Part shown: piece after piece, positions 19,238 to 29,533 of the stretch
Layout of the letters: every line of letters begins with the position of its first letter
Numbering within the stretch: position 1 is the first letter of the stretch
Assembly (NCBI GenBank): GCA_902586485.1
Contig: CACIHO010000004.1
Span: forward strand, 21,057 to 85,056
Length of the DNA: 64,000 bases
Origin: an uncultured Pelagibacteraceae bacterium
Lineage (GTDB): Bacteria > Pseudomonadota > Alphaproteobacteria > Pelagibacterales > Pelagibacteraceae
Direction of reading: 5' to 3'
The notes under the pieces: generated by a model
The model's input: only the letters and a program-made list of their open reading frames with translations
The model's database searches: none
Told to the model about the DNA's origin: nothing
Made by a program: the position numbers and the translations under genes

Positions 19238-21559
19238 ATGAGCGACTCAATCAGCAGTAAAATTAAAAATAAAATAAGCGAAGACTTATCACCAACTAGA
19301 AATATTACTGGTTTTCATTTGAAAATTGTTTCAGCAATAGCAATTATTTGGTCATTATTTCAACTTTGGTACGCTTCACCATTTCCATTTATGTTAAATT
19401 TTGGAATGTTTAAGGGATTGCCAGCAAGGGCAATTCATTTAGGTTTTGCTTTAACTTTAGCCTTCTTAATTTACCCAATATCAAAGGGTAAGAAAATTTC
19501 GTTTTTTGATGTTTTGATCAGTTTTATGGGAGCGATATCGTGCCTTTATATTTATTTTTTTTATGATCAGTTGGTTGAAAGAGGGGGTGTTCTTTTAAAT
19601 CTTAGAATATCAGAAACATTAAATTTTCCATTAGAATTGATTTTAGGAGGATGTGGAATTTTGATTCTTTTAGAGGCTACCAGAAGAGCAATTGGTTTAC
19701 CTTTGGTAATTATTGCTAGTTGTTTTTTATTGTTTTCATACTTTGGAAGGTATGCGCCTGAAATAATATCGCATGGTGGTTTATCTTTAAATAGACTTGT
19801 AGGCTTCCAGTGGCTTGATCAAGAAGCAATTTTTGGAATTCCGATTGGGGTATCAGTAGATTTTATTTTCTTATTTGTTTTATTTGGTGCTTTGCTTGAA
19901 ACTGCTGGTGGTGGAAAATATTTTTTAGATCTTGCTTTTGCTATGGTTGGAAAAATGAGAGGGGGACCAGCGAAGGCAGCAATATTAGGTTCAGGTATGA
20001 CTGGATTAATTTCAGGATCTTCAATTGCAAACACAGTTACTACTGGAACATTTACAATTCCAATTATGAAAAAAACTGGTTTTTCAAAAGAAAAAGCTGG
20101 TGCTATTGAGGTTTCCTCATCAGTCAATGGTCAGATCATGCCACCTGTCATGGGGGCGGCAGCATTCGTAATGGCAAGTTTTATTGGCGTAACTTATTTT
20201 GAAATAGTTAAACATGCTTTCTTACCAGCTATTATTTCTTATATAGCATTATTCTATATTTCACATTTAGAAGCTTTAAAATTAAATCTTAAGGGAATGG
20301 ATGATGCAGATGTTCCTCATTTAAAAAAAACTTTTTTATCTGGGGTACATTTTTTAATACCAATTTTTGTATTAATTTATACTTTGGTTTATTTAAGGTT
20401 TACAGCGTCCTATTCAATTTTTTATGCAACAATTACTTTAGTTTTAGTAAATTTAATAAATTTGTTAATAAAAAACGAATTTAAAAAAGATACTCTTAAA
20501 GAATGGTTTAATCAAACAATTGTAGGTTTTGAAAAAGGTGCACTAAATATGGTTGCTGTTGGTATAGCAATCGCAACTGCAGGTATTATAGTTGGAGCGG
20601 TTGGATCTACTGGTTTGAGTACTAATTTAATAATAGTTATAGAGTCTATAGCTAAGGATAACGTTACTATTTTATTGTTTTTAACAATCATTCTATGTTT
20701 ACTTTTAGGAATGGGTTTACCAACAACTGCAAATTATGTTGTTGTTGCTTCTTTAATGGCGACTGTTTTAGTAGATGTTGGAAATGCTTCAGGCTTTATT
20801 TTTCCGTTAATTGCAGTTCATTTATTTGTTTTTTATTTTGGTTTAATGGCTGATGTAACACCACCTGTCGGACTTGCCTCTTATGCAGCCGCAGGGATAT
20901 CTGGTGGAGATCCTTTAAGAACAGGGGTGCAGGCTTTTTGGTATAGTTTAAGAACAGGAATTTTACCAATTGTATTTTTATTTAACCATGAACTTTTACT
21001 TATTGGCATTGAAAACATTTGGCATGGGTTGATTGTAATTATTACTTCTTTAATTGGGATTTTAGTTTTTACTTCAGCTACTCAAGGCTGGTTTTTTAAT
21101 AAACTTAAATGGTATGAAATAATTATTTTTTTAGTTATCTCTATTTCTTTATTGTCACCTGATTTTGCTTTAAACAAATTTTACCCAAAATATAATTATG
21201 AAGATATTACTAAAATTAATTTAATAAAATTAGACTCAACAAAAGAAATTCAAATTAAAATAACAAGGCCCAGTTTATATGGTGAAAGATACAAGTTATT
21301 TGTGATATCAAAAAATACTTTTGAGGATAAATTTACTTTAGAGGACTATGGAATTACATTATTGAAACAAAATGACAAAGTTGTTGTTGATAATTTGAAA
21401 TGGAATGGACAAGCAAAAAGAAATGGTTTTGAAATGGGAGACTATATAAGTGAATTTAAAATTGAAAATTCTGATAGACCATCAAAAAATATTGTTTATC
21501 CTATAGCAATATTATTGTTAGTAGTATTTGGCTACTTTAACTTAAAAAGAAAAGAGTAA
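19238..21559 (+). CDS. TRAP transporter fused 4TM/12TM permease
   Basis: GGPAKAA, SGSSIANTVTTG, GQIMPPVMGAAAF, GMGLPTTANY and DVTPPVGLA motifs. Confidence 0.93.
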   Translation: MSDSISSKIKNKISEDLSPTRNITGFHLKIVSAIAIIWSLFQLWYASPFPFMLNFGMFKGLPARAIHLGFALTLAFLIYPISKGKKISFFDVLISFMGAISCLYIYFFYDQLVERGGVLLNLRISETLNFPLELILGGCGILILLEATRRAIGLPLVIIASCFLLFSYFGRYAPEIISHGGLSLNRLVGFQWLDQEAIFGIPIGVSVDFIFLFVLFGALLETAGGGKYFLDLAFAMVGKMRGGPAKAAILGSGMTGLISGSSIANTVTTGTFTIPIMKKTGFSKEKAGAIEVSSSVNGQIMPPVMGAAAFVMASFIGVTYFEIVKHAFLPAIISYIALFYISHLEALKLNLKGMDDADVPHLKKTFLSGVHFLIPIFVLIYTLVYLRFTASYSIFYATITLVLVNLINLLIKNEFKKDTLKEWFNQTIVGFEKGALNMVAVGIAIATAGIIVGAVGSTGLSTNLIIVIESIAKDNVTILLFLTIILCLLLGMGLPTTANYVVVASLMATVLVDVGNASGFIFPLIAVHLFVFYFGLMADVTPPVGLASYAAAGISGGDPLRTGVQAFWYSLRTGILPIVFLFNHELLLIGIENIWHGLIVIITSLIGILVFTSATQGWFFNKLKWYEIIIFLVISISLLSPDFALNKFYPKYNYEDITKINLIKLDSTKEIQIKITRPSLYGERYKLFVISKNTFEDKFTLEDYGITLLKQNDKVVVDNLKWNGQAKRNGFEMGDYISEFKIENSDRPSKNIVYPIAILLLVVFGYFNLKRKE

Positions 21560-21561
21560 AA

Positions 21562-21987
21562 TTACCCACCAGGTCCTAAATTGGAAGGCTTTATTTTAAT
21601 AATTTTCCATACTCCAGATGCAGAAGTAATTATTTTATCATTAGACTTTAGCTCGCAAAATAAAAAGACAAGAGTATTTGTTTTTTTTAAAATTTTTGTA
21701 TGTCCAATAATTTCATCTCCAACTTTTGAAGCACCTATAAATTTTATATCTAAAGAGATAGTTACACATGGAGCATTTCCAGCGGTTCTATGTGCAGCTG
21801 TCCCTGCTCCTGCATCTATTAATGCAGATAAATAGCCTCCGTGAGTTATTCCTGCGGCATTTAAATGGTTTTCACTAATTATAGATTTAAATTCGTATTC
21901 AGTCTCTGAAATAGTTCTAAATAAAACACCCCCATTGTGTTTCATAAATCCAGGTTTAATACTTATTTGCTCAAATTCTTTGCTCAT
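21562..21987 (-). CDS. PaaI family thioesterase (hot-dog fold)
   Basis: HLN..GITHGG...ALID motif. Confidence 0.88.
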   Translation of the reverse strand: MSKEFEQISIKPGFMKHNGGVLFRTISETEYEFKSIISENHLNAAGITHGGYLSALIDAGAGTAAHRTAGNAPCVTISLDIKFIGASKVGDEIIGHTKILKKTNTLVFLFCELKSNDKIITSASGVWKIIKIKPSNLGPGG

Positions 21988-21993
21988 AATTTT

Positions 21994-22092
21994 TTATAAT
22001 ACAAAAGTTAAAATTAATAAAATAATAAAAATAATTATAAAAAAATAAATTACTGATTTTTGTAATGATGCTTTTAAAAGCCAATTAAACAT
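21994..22092 (-). CDS. Putative small single-TM protein (32 aa)
   Basis: AAGGA Shine-Dalgarno just after the tRNA-Arg CCA; MFNWLLKASLQKSVIYFFIIIFIILLILTFVL*; fills the gap to the PaaI gene. Confidence 0.5.
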   Translation of the reverse strand: MFNWLLKASLQKSVIYFFIIIFIILLILTFVL

Positions 22093-22106
22093 TTCCATTT
22101 CCTTGT

Positions 22107-22183
22107 TGGTGGACCGCCCAGAACTCGAATCTGGAATCTCCCGGTTCGTAGCCGAGCGCCTTATCCAATTTGGCCAGCGGTCC
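22107..22183 (-). tRNA. tRNA-Arg (ACG)
   Basis: Reverse strand GGACCGC...CTCGG-CTACGAA-CCGGG...TTCGA...GCGGTCC-A-CCA; 77 nt. Confidence 0.96.
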
Positions 22184-22256
22184 ATTAAAATAATATATTC
22201 CATATATCAAAGTTTTTGATGTAATTTAACTTATAAAATACTAAGTTAATTACTTT

Positions 22257-23444
22257 ATGAGCAAAAACTCTAATGATGTTGTTATTACGTCTGCGCTAAG
22301 AACTCCAATAGGAACATATAAAGGTTCATTAAAAAATCTTAGTGCATCAAAATTAGGATCAATAGTAATTAAAGAGGTAATTTATAAATCAAAATTAGAC
22401 GTTGAGGAGATTGATGAAGTAATAATGGGGCATGTTTTAACTTCTGGACTTGGTCAAAATCCTGCTAGACAAGCCTCGATTGGAGCTGGATTACCAGTTT
22501 CAAAACCCGCTCATATTGTCAATCAGGTTTGTGGGTCCGGATTAAGATCTATTGTTTCTGGGTATCAATCAATCAGTTTAGGAGAAAATCAAATAGTTGT
22601 TGCAGGTGGTCAAGAAAATATGTCTAGAGCAACTCATGCAATTTATTATAGAGAAGATAAAAAATTTTCTGAAAAAAATTTAGTAGATACAATGATAAAA
22701 GATGGTCTATTAGACTACTTTAATGATTATCATATGGGTGTTACAGCTGAGAACGTTGCAGAGAAATATAAAATTTCAAGAGATGAACAAGATAATTTTT
22801 CTTTAAATTCTCAGAAAAAAACAGAAAAAGCTTATATTGAAAATAAATTTAAAGACGAATTGATAAAATTGCAAATTAAAGATGGTGAAAAAAAATTTAT
22901 TTTTGAAAAAGATGAACATCCTAGAAACAATTTAAATATTGAAGATTTAAAAAAATTAAAAACAGTATTCAAAGAGAATGGGACTGTAACACCTGGAAAT
23001 TCCTCAGGTATAAATGATGGTGCAGCAGCCTTAGTTTTGATGTTAAGAAAACAAGCAGAAAAAAAATCCTTAGAGCCATTAGTTAAAATTGTATCTTGGG
23101 CTACTTGTGGTGTTGAACCTTCGTTAATGGGACTTGGACCCATACCTTCAATTCAAGAGGCTTTATCTAAAGCAAATTGGAAAATAGATGAAGTTGACTT
23201 ATTTGAAATTAATGAAGCATTTGCAGCACAAAGTATTGCAGTAATTAAAGAATTAAAAATTCCTGAGAAAAAAGTGAATGTCAATGGAGGAGCAATTGCC
23301 TTAGGTCATCCGATTGGAGCTTCTGGTGCAAGAATTTTGGTTACACTTATCTATGAAATGATTAAACAAGATAAAAAAAAAGGTTGTGCGGCACTCTGTA
23401 TAGGTGGTGGCATGGGAATAGCCATGTGTATTGAGAGGAGCTAA
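22257..23444 (+). CDS. Acetyl-CoA C-acetyltransferase (thiolase)
   Basis: NQVCGSG, NEAFA, GHPIGASG and CIGGG motifs. Confidence 0.95.
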   Translation: MSKNSNDVVITSALRTPIGTYKGSLKNLSASKLGSIVIKEVIYKSKLDVEEIDEVIMGHVLTSGLGQNPARQASIGAGLPVSKPAHIVNQVCGSGLRSIVSGYQSISLGENQIVVAGGQENMSRATHAIYYREDKKFSEKNLVDTMIKDGLLDYFNDYHMGVTAENVAEKYKISRDEQDNFSLNSQKKTEKAYIENKFKDELIKLQIKDGEKKFIFEKDEHPRNNLNIEDLKKLKTVFKENGTVTPGNSSGINDGAAALVLMLRKQAEKKSLEPLVKIVSWATCGVEPSLMGLGPIPSIQEALSKANWKIDEVDLFEINEAFAAQSIAVIKELKIPEKKVNVNGGAIALGHPIGASGARILVTLIYEMIKQDKKKGCAALCIGGGMGIAMCIERS

Positions 23445-23571
23445 AAAGCCTAAATTTCATTTATTTTTTTATTTTTTGTATAATAAAAATATAAGATTAA
23501 CGAAAAAACCTTATTAATGTGATAAAATAAAATCCAATAATGTTTTTTTGGGTATATAAAACATTTTAAAA

Positions 23572-26500
23572 ATGAGCGAAAAATTACTTGTACCTGACAT
23601 TGGTGACTTTGAAAATGTTGAGGTTATAGAGATACTTGTAAAAGCAGGTGATCAAATTAAAGAAAATGATCCAGTAGTCACTATTGAAAGTGATAAATCA
23701 AGCGTTGAAATTCCTTCTACAGTTAGTGGAAAAATAGATAGTGTAGCAGTTAAAGTTGGTGATAAAGTTTCCAAGGGTGATTTATTGCTTAATCTTATAT
23801 CATCATCAAAAACATCATCAGAAAGTACTCTACCTAAAGATACAGAAAATATAATTAAACAAGCTGAAGAGGCAATGGCTGAAAAAAAAGAGGAAAAAGA
23901 AACTACTACTGAACAAATAATTGAGAAAAAACAATCTACAATTCAAGTTGTTAATGGTTCTGATATTGATCCACTTGAAACTCAAGATTGGTTGGAGTCT
24001 TTATCTGCGGTAATTTCCAAAGATGGAAACCACAGAGCCCATTTCTTAATAAAAGAATTAATTAATAAAGCTTATCGTGAAGGAGCAAATATTCCTTATA
24101 CTCAAAATACACCATACATTAATACAATACCTCCTGAGGCTGAAGTAAAATCTAGTGGTGATCAAAATATCGAAAGAAGAATAAGATCGTTGATTAGATG
24201 GAATGCAGCAGCAATGGTAGTTCGAGCAAATAAAAAATATCCCGAGCTTGGTGGACACATTGGTACATTTGCATCTGCTGCAACATTATATGATGTTGGG
24301 ATGAATCATTTTTGGAGAGCAAAAAATAACAAATTTGGTGGAGATTTAATTTATTTTCAAGGACATAGTGCTCCAGGAATGTATGCAAGAGCTTTCTTAG
24401 AAGGTAGATTAGATGAAAAACAATTAGATAGTTTTAGACAGGAAGTAAAACCCGGGGGTCTATCGTCATATCCACATCCATGGCTAATGCCAAATTTTTG
24501 GCAGTTCCCCACTGTATCCATGGGGTTAGGTCCTATGCTTGCTATATATCAAGCTAGATACATGAAATATTTAATCAATAGAGGCTTGATTAAAGATGAA
24601 GGAAGAAAAGTATGGGCCTTTTTAGGCGATGGGGAGATGGATGAGCCTGAGTCAATGGGAGCTATTGGATTAGCTGCTAGAGAAAATTTAGATAATTTAA
24701 TATTTGTAATAAATTGTAATCTTCAAAGATTAGATGGTCCCGTTAGAGGTAATGGAAAAATTATTCAAGAGCTTGAGGGAAGTTTCAGAGGATCTGGTTG
24801 GAATGTAATTAAAGTTATTTGGGGATCATATTGGGATTCATTGCTTGCTAATGATAAAACTGGTCACTTAATAAAAATTATGAACGAGACAGTAGATGGT
24901 GAGTACCAAGCAATGAAAGCAAGAGACGGTGCTTATGTTAGAGAAAAGTTTTTTGGGAAATCTCCTGAAGCATTAGAATTAGTTTCAAGCATGTCAGATA
25001 CAGATATTTGGAGACTTAATAGAGGTGGTCACGATCCTCACAAAGTTTTTGCTGCATATGATAAAGCGACTAAACATCAAGGAAGCCCAACGGTGATAAT
25101 TGCAAAAACTATTAAAGGTTATGGAATGGGAAAATCAGGAGAAAGTGTAAATACTACTCATCAAACGAAAAAATTAGATGTTGATGACTTGATGTACTAT
25201 AGAGATCGATTTGATGTTCCCTTAACAGATGAACAGGTGAGAAATATTGAATACTTTAGGCCTGACGAAAAATCTCCAGAAATAAAATACATAAAAGAGA
25301 GAAGAATTAAATTAGGAGGATATTTACCCGAACGTTCGACTTTCGCTAAACCAATCAAAGCACCCTCAAAAGATATTTTCGATTTCATGAAAGTATCAAC
25401 TGGTGAAAAAGAAATGTCTACTACTATGGCCTTAGTAAGAATGTTAACAAATTTATTAAGGGATAAAAATATATCTCCTAGACTGGTTCCTATTATTCCT
25501 GACGAAGCAAGAACGTTTGGCATGGAAGGATTTTTTCAAAAAATAGGGATTTACGCGCATGAAGGACAAAAATATGAACCTGAGGATGCAGCTCAATTAA
25601 GTTCTTATAGAGAAGACAAAAGTGGTCAAGTTTTAGAGGAAGGTATCAATGAAGCAGGTGCTATGTCTTCATGGATTGCTGCTGCCACTGCATATACTAA
25701 TCACGATATCGAAATGATCCCAATTTATATTTTTTATTCAATGTTTGGTTTCCAAAGAATAGGAGATCTAGCTTGGGCAGCTGGGGATAGTCAGGCTAGA
25801 GGATTTTTGGTAGGTGCAACAGCTGGAAGAACAACATTAGCTGGAGAAGGCTTACAACACCAGGATGGGCATAGTCATTTAATTGCATCAACTATTCCAA
25901 ATTGTGTAACTTATGATCCTACATTTCATTATGAATTAGCGGTTATTTTTCGAGAAGGTCTAAGAAGAATGCATGAGAAAAATGAGAATGTTTTTTATTA
26001 TATTACAACAATGAATGAAAATTACGCACACCCAGAAATGCCAAAAGATAAAAATTGTGAGGAAGGCATTTTAAAGGGCATGTATAAAATAAAAGAATTT
26101 AACAAATACAAAAAAACTAAAATCCAACTTTTAGGATCAGGAACAATCTTAAGAGAAATGATGTCTGCTGCAGAGATTTTACAAAATGATTATAAAATTG
26201 ACAGTGAGATATGGAGTGTAACAAGTTTTAATGAATTAAGAAAAGATGGAATGGAGGTAGAAAGATTTAATCTTTTGAATCCTGATAAAGAACCTAAAAA
26301 ATCTTATGTTGAGCAATGCCTGGGCCAAACAGGGGGCCCAATTATGGCTGCATCTGATTATATGAGAATGAATTCAGATCAAATCAGACCATATACTAAC
26401 AAAAGCTTTTATTCATTAGGAGCAGATGGTTTTGGAAGAAGTGATACAAGAAAAAATTTAAGAAAATTTTTTGAGGTAGATAAAGAACATTTGGTTGCTT

Positions 26501-26610
26501 ATGGTTTAAGTATTTTAGCAAAAGAACAGCTTATTACTTCCAAATATGCAAAAGATGCAATGAAGAAGTATAATATTGATACCAACAAACCAATGCCAAC
26601 AAAATTATAA
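23572..26610 (+). CDS. aceE: Pyruvate dehydrogenase E1 (homodimeric AceE type) with N-terminal lipoyl domain
   Basis: DIDP.ET.DW, GGHI, GLSSYPHP, GDGEMDE and GEGLQH motifs; N-terminal IESDKSSVEIP lipoyl domain. Confidence 0.96.
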   Translation: MSEKLLVPDIGDFENVEVIEILVKAGDQIKENDPVVTIESDKSSVEIPSTVSGKIDSVAVKVGDKVSKGDLLLNLISSSKTSSESTLPKDTENIIKQAEEAMAEKKEEKETTTEQIIEKKQSTIQVVNGSDIDPLETQDWLESLSAVISKDGNHRAHFLIKELINKAYREGANIPYTQNTPYINTIPPEAEVKSSGDQNIERRIRSLIRWNAAAMVVRANKKYPELGGHIGTFASAATLYDVGMNHFWRAKNNKFGGDLIYFQGHSAPGMYARAFLEGRLDEKQLDSFRQEVKPGGLSSYPHPWLMPNFWQFPTVSMGLGPMLAIYQARYMKYLINRGLIKDEGRKVWAFLGDGEMDEPESMGAIGLAARENLDNLIFVINCNLQRLDGPVRGNGKIIQELEGSFRGSGWNVIKVIWGSYWDSLLANDKTGHLIKIMNETVDGEYQAMKARDGAYVREKFFGKSPEALELVSSMSDTDIWRLNRGGHDPHKVFAAYDKATKHQGSPTVIIAKTIKGYGMGKSGESVNTTHQTKKLDVDDLMYYRDRFDVPLTDEQVRNIEYFRPDEKSPEIKYIKERRIKLGGYLPERSTFAKPIKAPSKDIFDFMKVSTGEKEMSTTMALVRMLTNLLRDKNISPRLVPIIPDEARTFGMEGFFQKIGIYAHEGQKYEPEDAAQLSSYREDKSGQVLEEGINEAGAMSSWIAAATAYTNHDIEMIPIYIFYSMFGFQRIGDLAWAAGDSQARGFLVGATAGRTTLAGEGLQHQDGHSHLIASTIPNCVTYDPTFHYELAVIFREGLRRMHEKNENVFYYITTMNENYAHPEMPKDKNCEEGILKGMYKIKEFNKYKKTKIQLLGSGTILREMMSAAEILQNDYKIDSEIWSVTSFNELRKDGMEVERFNLLNPDKEPKKSYVEQCLGQTGGPIMAASDYMRMNSDQIRPYTNKSFYSLGADGFGRSDTRKNLRKFFEVDKEHLVAYGLSILAKEQLITSKYAKDAMKKYNIDTNKPMPTKL

Positions 26611-27872
26611 TGTCTGAAACTGAGATTAAAGTACCTAATATTGGAGATTTTAAAGATGTTGAGGTTATTGAGGTATTAGTTACTGAAGGTCAATCAATTA
26701 AAAAAAATGATGCCCTAATAACAATTGAAAGTGATAAATCTAGCGTAGAAATACCATCAAATTTAGAAGGTAAAATTAAAAATTTAAAAATAAAAGTAGG
26801 AGACAAAGTTTCTGAGGGCGACTTAATTTTAACTGTAGAAAGTGATTTAGAAGTTAAAAAGGAAGAGGTTAAAGAAAAACCAGAAATTGAAAAAGAGTCA
26901 AAAAATATTGAGGTAATAAAACCTGAAATCCAAGAAAAAACATTTTCTAAAAATAATATTTCAGACATTTCATCTGCAAGTCCAAAAGCTAGAAAATTTG
27001 CTAGAGAACTTGGTGTAGATATTAATCAAGTATCGGGAAGTCAGAAAGATGGCAGAGTTGTTGAAGATGATATTAAAAAATTTGTTTCATCTAATTCAAA
27101 AAACAATGTTGTAGTAAAAGATAGTAAACCAGATAAAATTAAAAACGAATTTGAACATTCTGATTTTGGTGAAATAGAAATTAAAGATATACCAAGAGTA
27201 AAAAAATTATCATCAAAATATCTTACAAATTCATGGACAACAATTCCTCATGTTACAAATCACGATGAAGCCGACATAACGGAGATGGAAAGTTTTAGAA
27301 GTTCATTAACAGATATGTATACTGGAGAAAAAATTAAAATTACACCTCTAGCATTTATAATAAAGGCTTTAGTTGCATCTCTTAAGAAATTTCCTAGTTT
27401 TAATTCTTCTATCGACGAAATTGAGACTGGAAAAATGACTTTAAAAAATTATTACCATATTGGGATAGCAGTTGATACGCCAAATGGATTAATGGTTCCA
27501 AAAATAAGAAATGCAAATAACAAAAAAATTTCTCTGATAAGTAAAGAATTAAAAGAGGTAAGCGAACTTTGCAGAAATTTAAAAATTGATAAAAAAGAAT
27601 TGTTCGGCGGCTCGATGACGATTACGAGTTTAGGTGGTATAGGAGGTTCATTTTTTACTCCTATAATTAATTATCCTGAAGTTGCTATATTAGGAGTAGG
27701 TAGATCAGAAAAAAAACAAATTTTTATGAATGGAAAGTTTCAAACTAGGACAATGCTGCCAATTTCTTTATCTTATGATCACAGAATTATTGATGGTGCA
27801 GAAGCAGCTAGGTTTAATAATGATCTAAAAGAAAACTTAGGCAAAAATTTTGCCTATAAACTAGCTGTCTAA
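26610..27872 (+). CDS. aceF: Pyruvate dehydrogenase E2 dihydrolipoamide acetyltransferase
   Basis: One lipoyl domain (ESDKS), ASPKARKFARELG subunit-binding domain and DHRIIDG catalytic motif. Confidence 0.95.
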   Translation: MSETEIKVPNIGDFKDVEVIEVLVTEGQSIKKNDALITIESDKSSVEIPSNLEGKIKNLKIKVGDKVSEGDLILTVESDLEVKKEEVKEKPEIEKESKNIEVIKPEIQEKTFSKNNISDISSASPKARKFARELGVDINQVSGSQKDGRVVEDDIKKFVSSNSKNNVVVKDSKPDKIKNEFEHSDFGEIEIKDIPRVKKLSSKYLTNSWTTIPHVTNHDEADITEMESFRSSLTDMYTGEKIKITPLAFIIKALVASLKKFPSFNSSIDEIETGKMTLKNYYHIGIAVDTPNGLMVPKIRNANNKKISLISKELKEVSELCRNLKIDKKELFGGSMTITSLGGIGGSFFTPIINYPEVAILGVGRSEKKQIFMNGKFQTRTMLPISLSYDHRIIDGAEAARFNNDLKENLGKNFAYKLAV

Positions 27873-27878
27873 TTAAAA

Positions 27879-28772
27879 ATGAGTAAATCCATATCATTAT
27901 TTAGTGCCTTACTGTGTACTTTTATTTGGGGAACAACTTTTATTGCCCAAGATACGGGCATGGATAATATTGGCCCTTTTACATTTAATGCTGTGAGGTT
28001 TTTTGTTGGTTTTCTAGCCATAATTCCACTTATGATTTTATTTGAATTAAAAAATTTTAAATCAGAATTTAAGTTAGATAAAAAAACTTTCATAATTTAT
28101 TCATTTTTAATTGGAATTTCTTTATTCTTAGGCTCAGCACTACAACAAGTTGCTTTGCTTTATACAGATGTTGCAAATGCTGCTTTTTTTACAATTTTTT
28201 ATGTGCCAATAGTACCGATTATCATTTTTTTGTTTAGTAAAAAATCAATGCATTGGAGTGTATGGCCTTCTGTAGTTCTATGTTTAATTGGAGGATATTT
28301 ATTAACAAATTTTTATGATGCAACAGTAAGATTAGGAGATACTTTAGTTGTTCTCGGAGCTCTATTTTGGAGTACTCATATCATTTTTACTGGGATCATT
28401 ATAACTAAGTACAATCTGCCACTTACCTTAGGAGCTGCGCAGACTTTAATTGTGGCTATTTTTTCATTTATAATTGGAATTATTTATGAAGAATTTATTT
28501 TCAGCAATATTTTAATGGAAATTTATTCAATTTTATATGCAGGTATATTATCTGGTGGATTTGCATTTGTATTACAAATTTATGCCCAGCGTAATATTAC
28601 TCCAGCACCTGCAGCTATAATTTTTTCTCTTGAAGGTGTATTTGCGACTATAGCTGCTTGGTTTATTTTAAATCAAATTCTAGATGTTAATAATTTACTT
28701 GGATGTTTTTTTATTCTATGTGGAGTTCTTTTGTCTCAATTACTGCCTTTAATTAAAAAGAAATATACTTAA
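27879..28772 (+). CDS. DMT/EamA family transporter
   Basis: About 10 TM helices; IWGTTF, RF and LE.VFA motifs. Confidence 0.88.
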   Translation: MSKSISLFSALLCTFIWGTTFIAQDTGMDNIGPFTFNAVRFFVGFLAIIPLMILFELKNFKSEFKLDKKTFIIYSFLIGISLFLGSALQQVALLYTDVANAAFFTIFYVPIVPIIIFLFSKKSMHWSVWPSVVLCLIGGYLLTNFYDATVRLGDTLVVLGALFWSTHIIFTGIIITKYNLPLTLGAAQTLIVAIFSFIIGIIYEEFIFSNILMEIYSILYAGILSGGFAFVLQIYAQRNITPAPAAIIFSLEGVFATIAAWFILNQILDVNNLLGCFFILCGVLLSQLLPLIKKKYT

Positions 28773-29533
28773 TAAATTAAACTAAATAAAATTAAAGCAA
28801 TTATTATTCTATAAATTACAAACGCATTCATTGAAAATTTATTTATATAAATTAAAAAGAATTTAACTGTTAAAAAAGAAAAAATAAAAGAAGATATAAT
28901 CGCGATAACAACTAAGTAATTAAACTGAATTGATTGTTCAAAAACATCTTTCAAGCTTAAGACACTAGCTCCAGCTAATGCTGGGATTGAAAGTAAAAAA
29001 GATATCTTACTTGAATCTACTCTATTGAATTTTAAAATTCTCGCAGCTGTTATAGTAATTCCTGCTCTACTAACTCCGGGCACAAGAGAGAAAATTTGGA
29101 AAACACCTATAAATATTATTGACTGAAAATTTAAATTTGAAGAAATTTTTTTATCAAATCGATTTTTGTCTGAGATGTATAAAATAATTGCGAATATTAA
29201 AGTAGTCCAAGCAATAACTTCTAAATTTCTTAACTGATAAATTAAATTTGTACTATAAAGTATGTATCCAACAATTATTAATGGAATAGATCCTAATAGA
29301 ATTAAATTTAAAATTCTTTTATTTTTTCTGATATCAAATAATTCATCTTTAAAAAAATAAATTATAGCTATTAGTGAACCTAGATGTAGGCTAATATCAA
29401 TAAGCAAAGAACTAGATTTAAATTCATATAAAGTAGAAACCAAAATTAAATGAGCAGAAGAACTAATAGGAAGAAATTCAGATATTCCTTGAATTGCAGA
29501 GAGAATTAAAACTTCTATAATATTTTGAAACAT
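28769..29533 (-). CDS. uppP: Undecaprenyl-diphosphate phosphatase
   Basis: QGISEFLPISSSAH and PGVSRAG motifs. Confidence 0.94.
   Translation of the reverse strand: MFQNIIEVLILSAIQGISEFLPISSSAHLILVSTLYEFKSSSLLIDISLHLGSLIAIIYFFKDELFDIRKNKRILNLILLGSIPLIIVGYILYSTNLIYQLRNLEVIAWTTLIFAIILYISDKNRFDKKISSNLNFQSIIFIGVFQIFSLVPGVSRAGITITAARILKFNRVDSSKISFLLSIPALAGASVLSLKDVFEQSIQFNYLVVIAIISSFIFSFLTVKFFLIYINKFSMNAFVIYRIIIALILFSLIY

Noticed and set aside
8475-22183. tRNA-Leu to tRNA-Arg interval as an integrated genomic island
   Set aside because: No integrase and no duplicated tRNA 3' end seen; it contains core genes (carD, fdxA, helicase).
22093-22203. 5' part of the 69-aa ORF 21994..22203
   Set aside because: It runs through tRNA-Arg on the same strand; only the part after the RBS is plausible.
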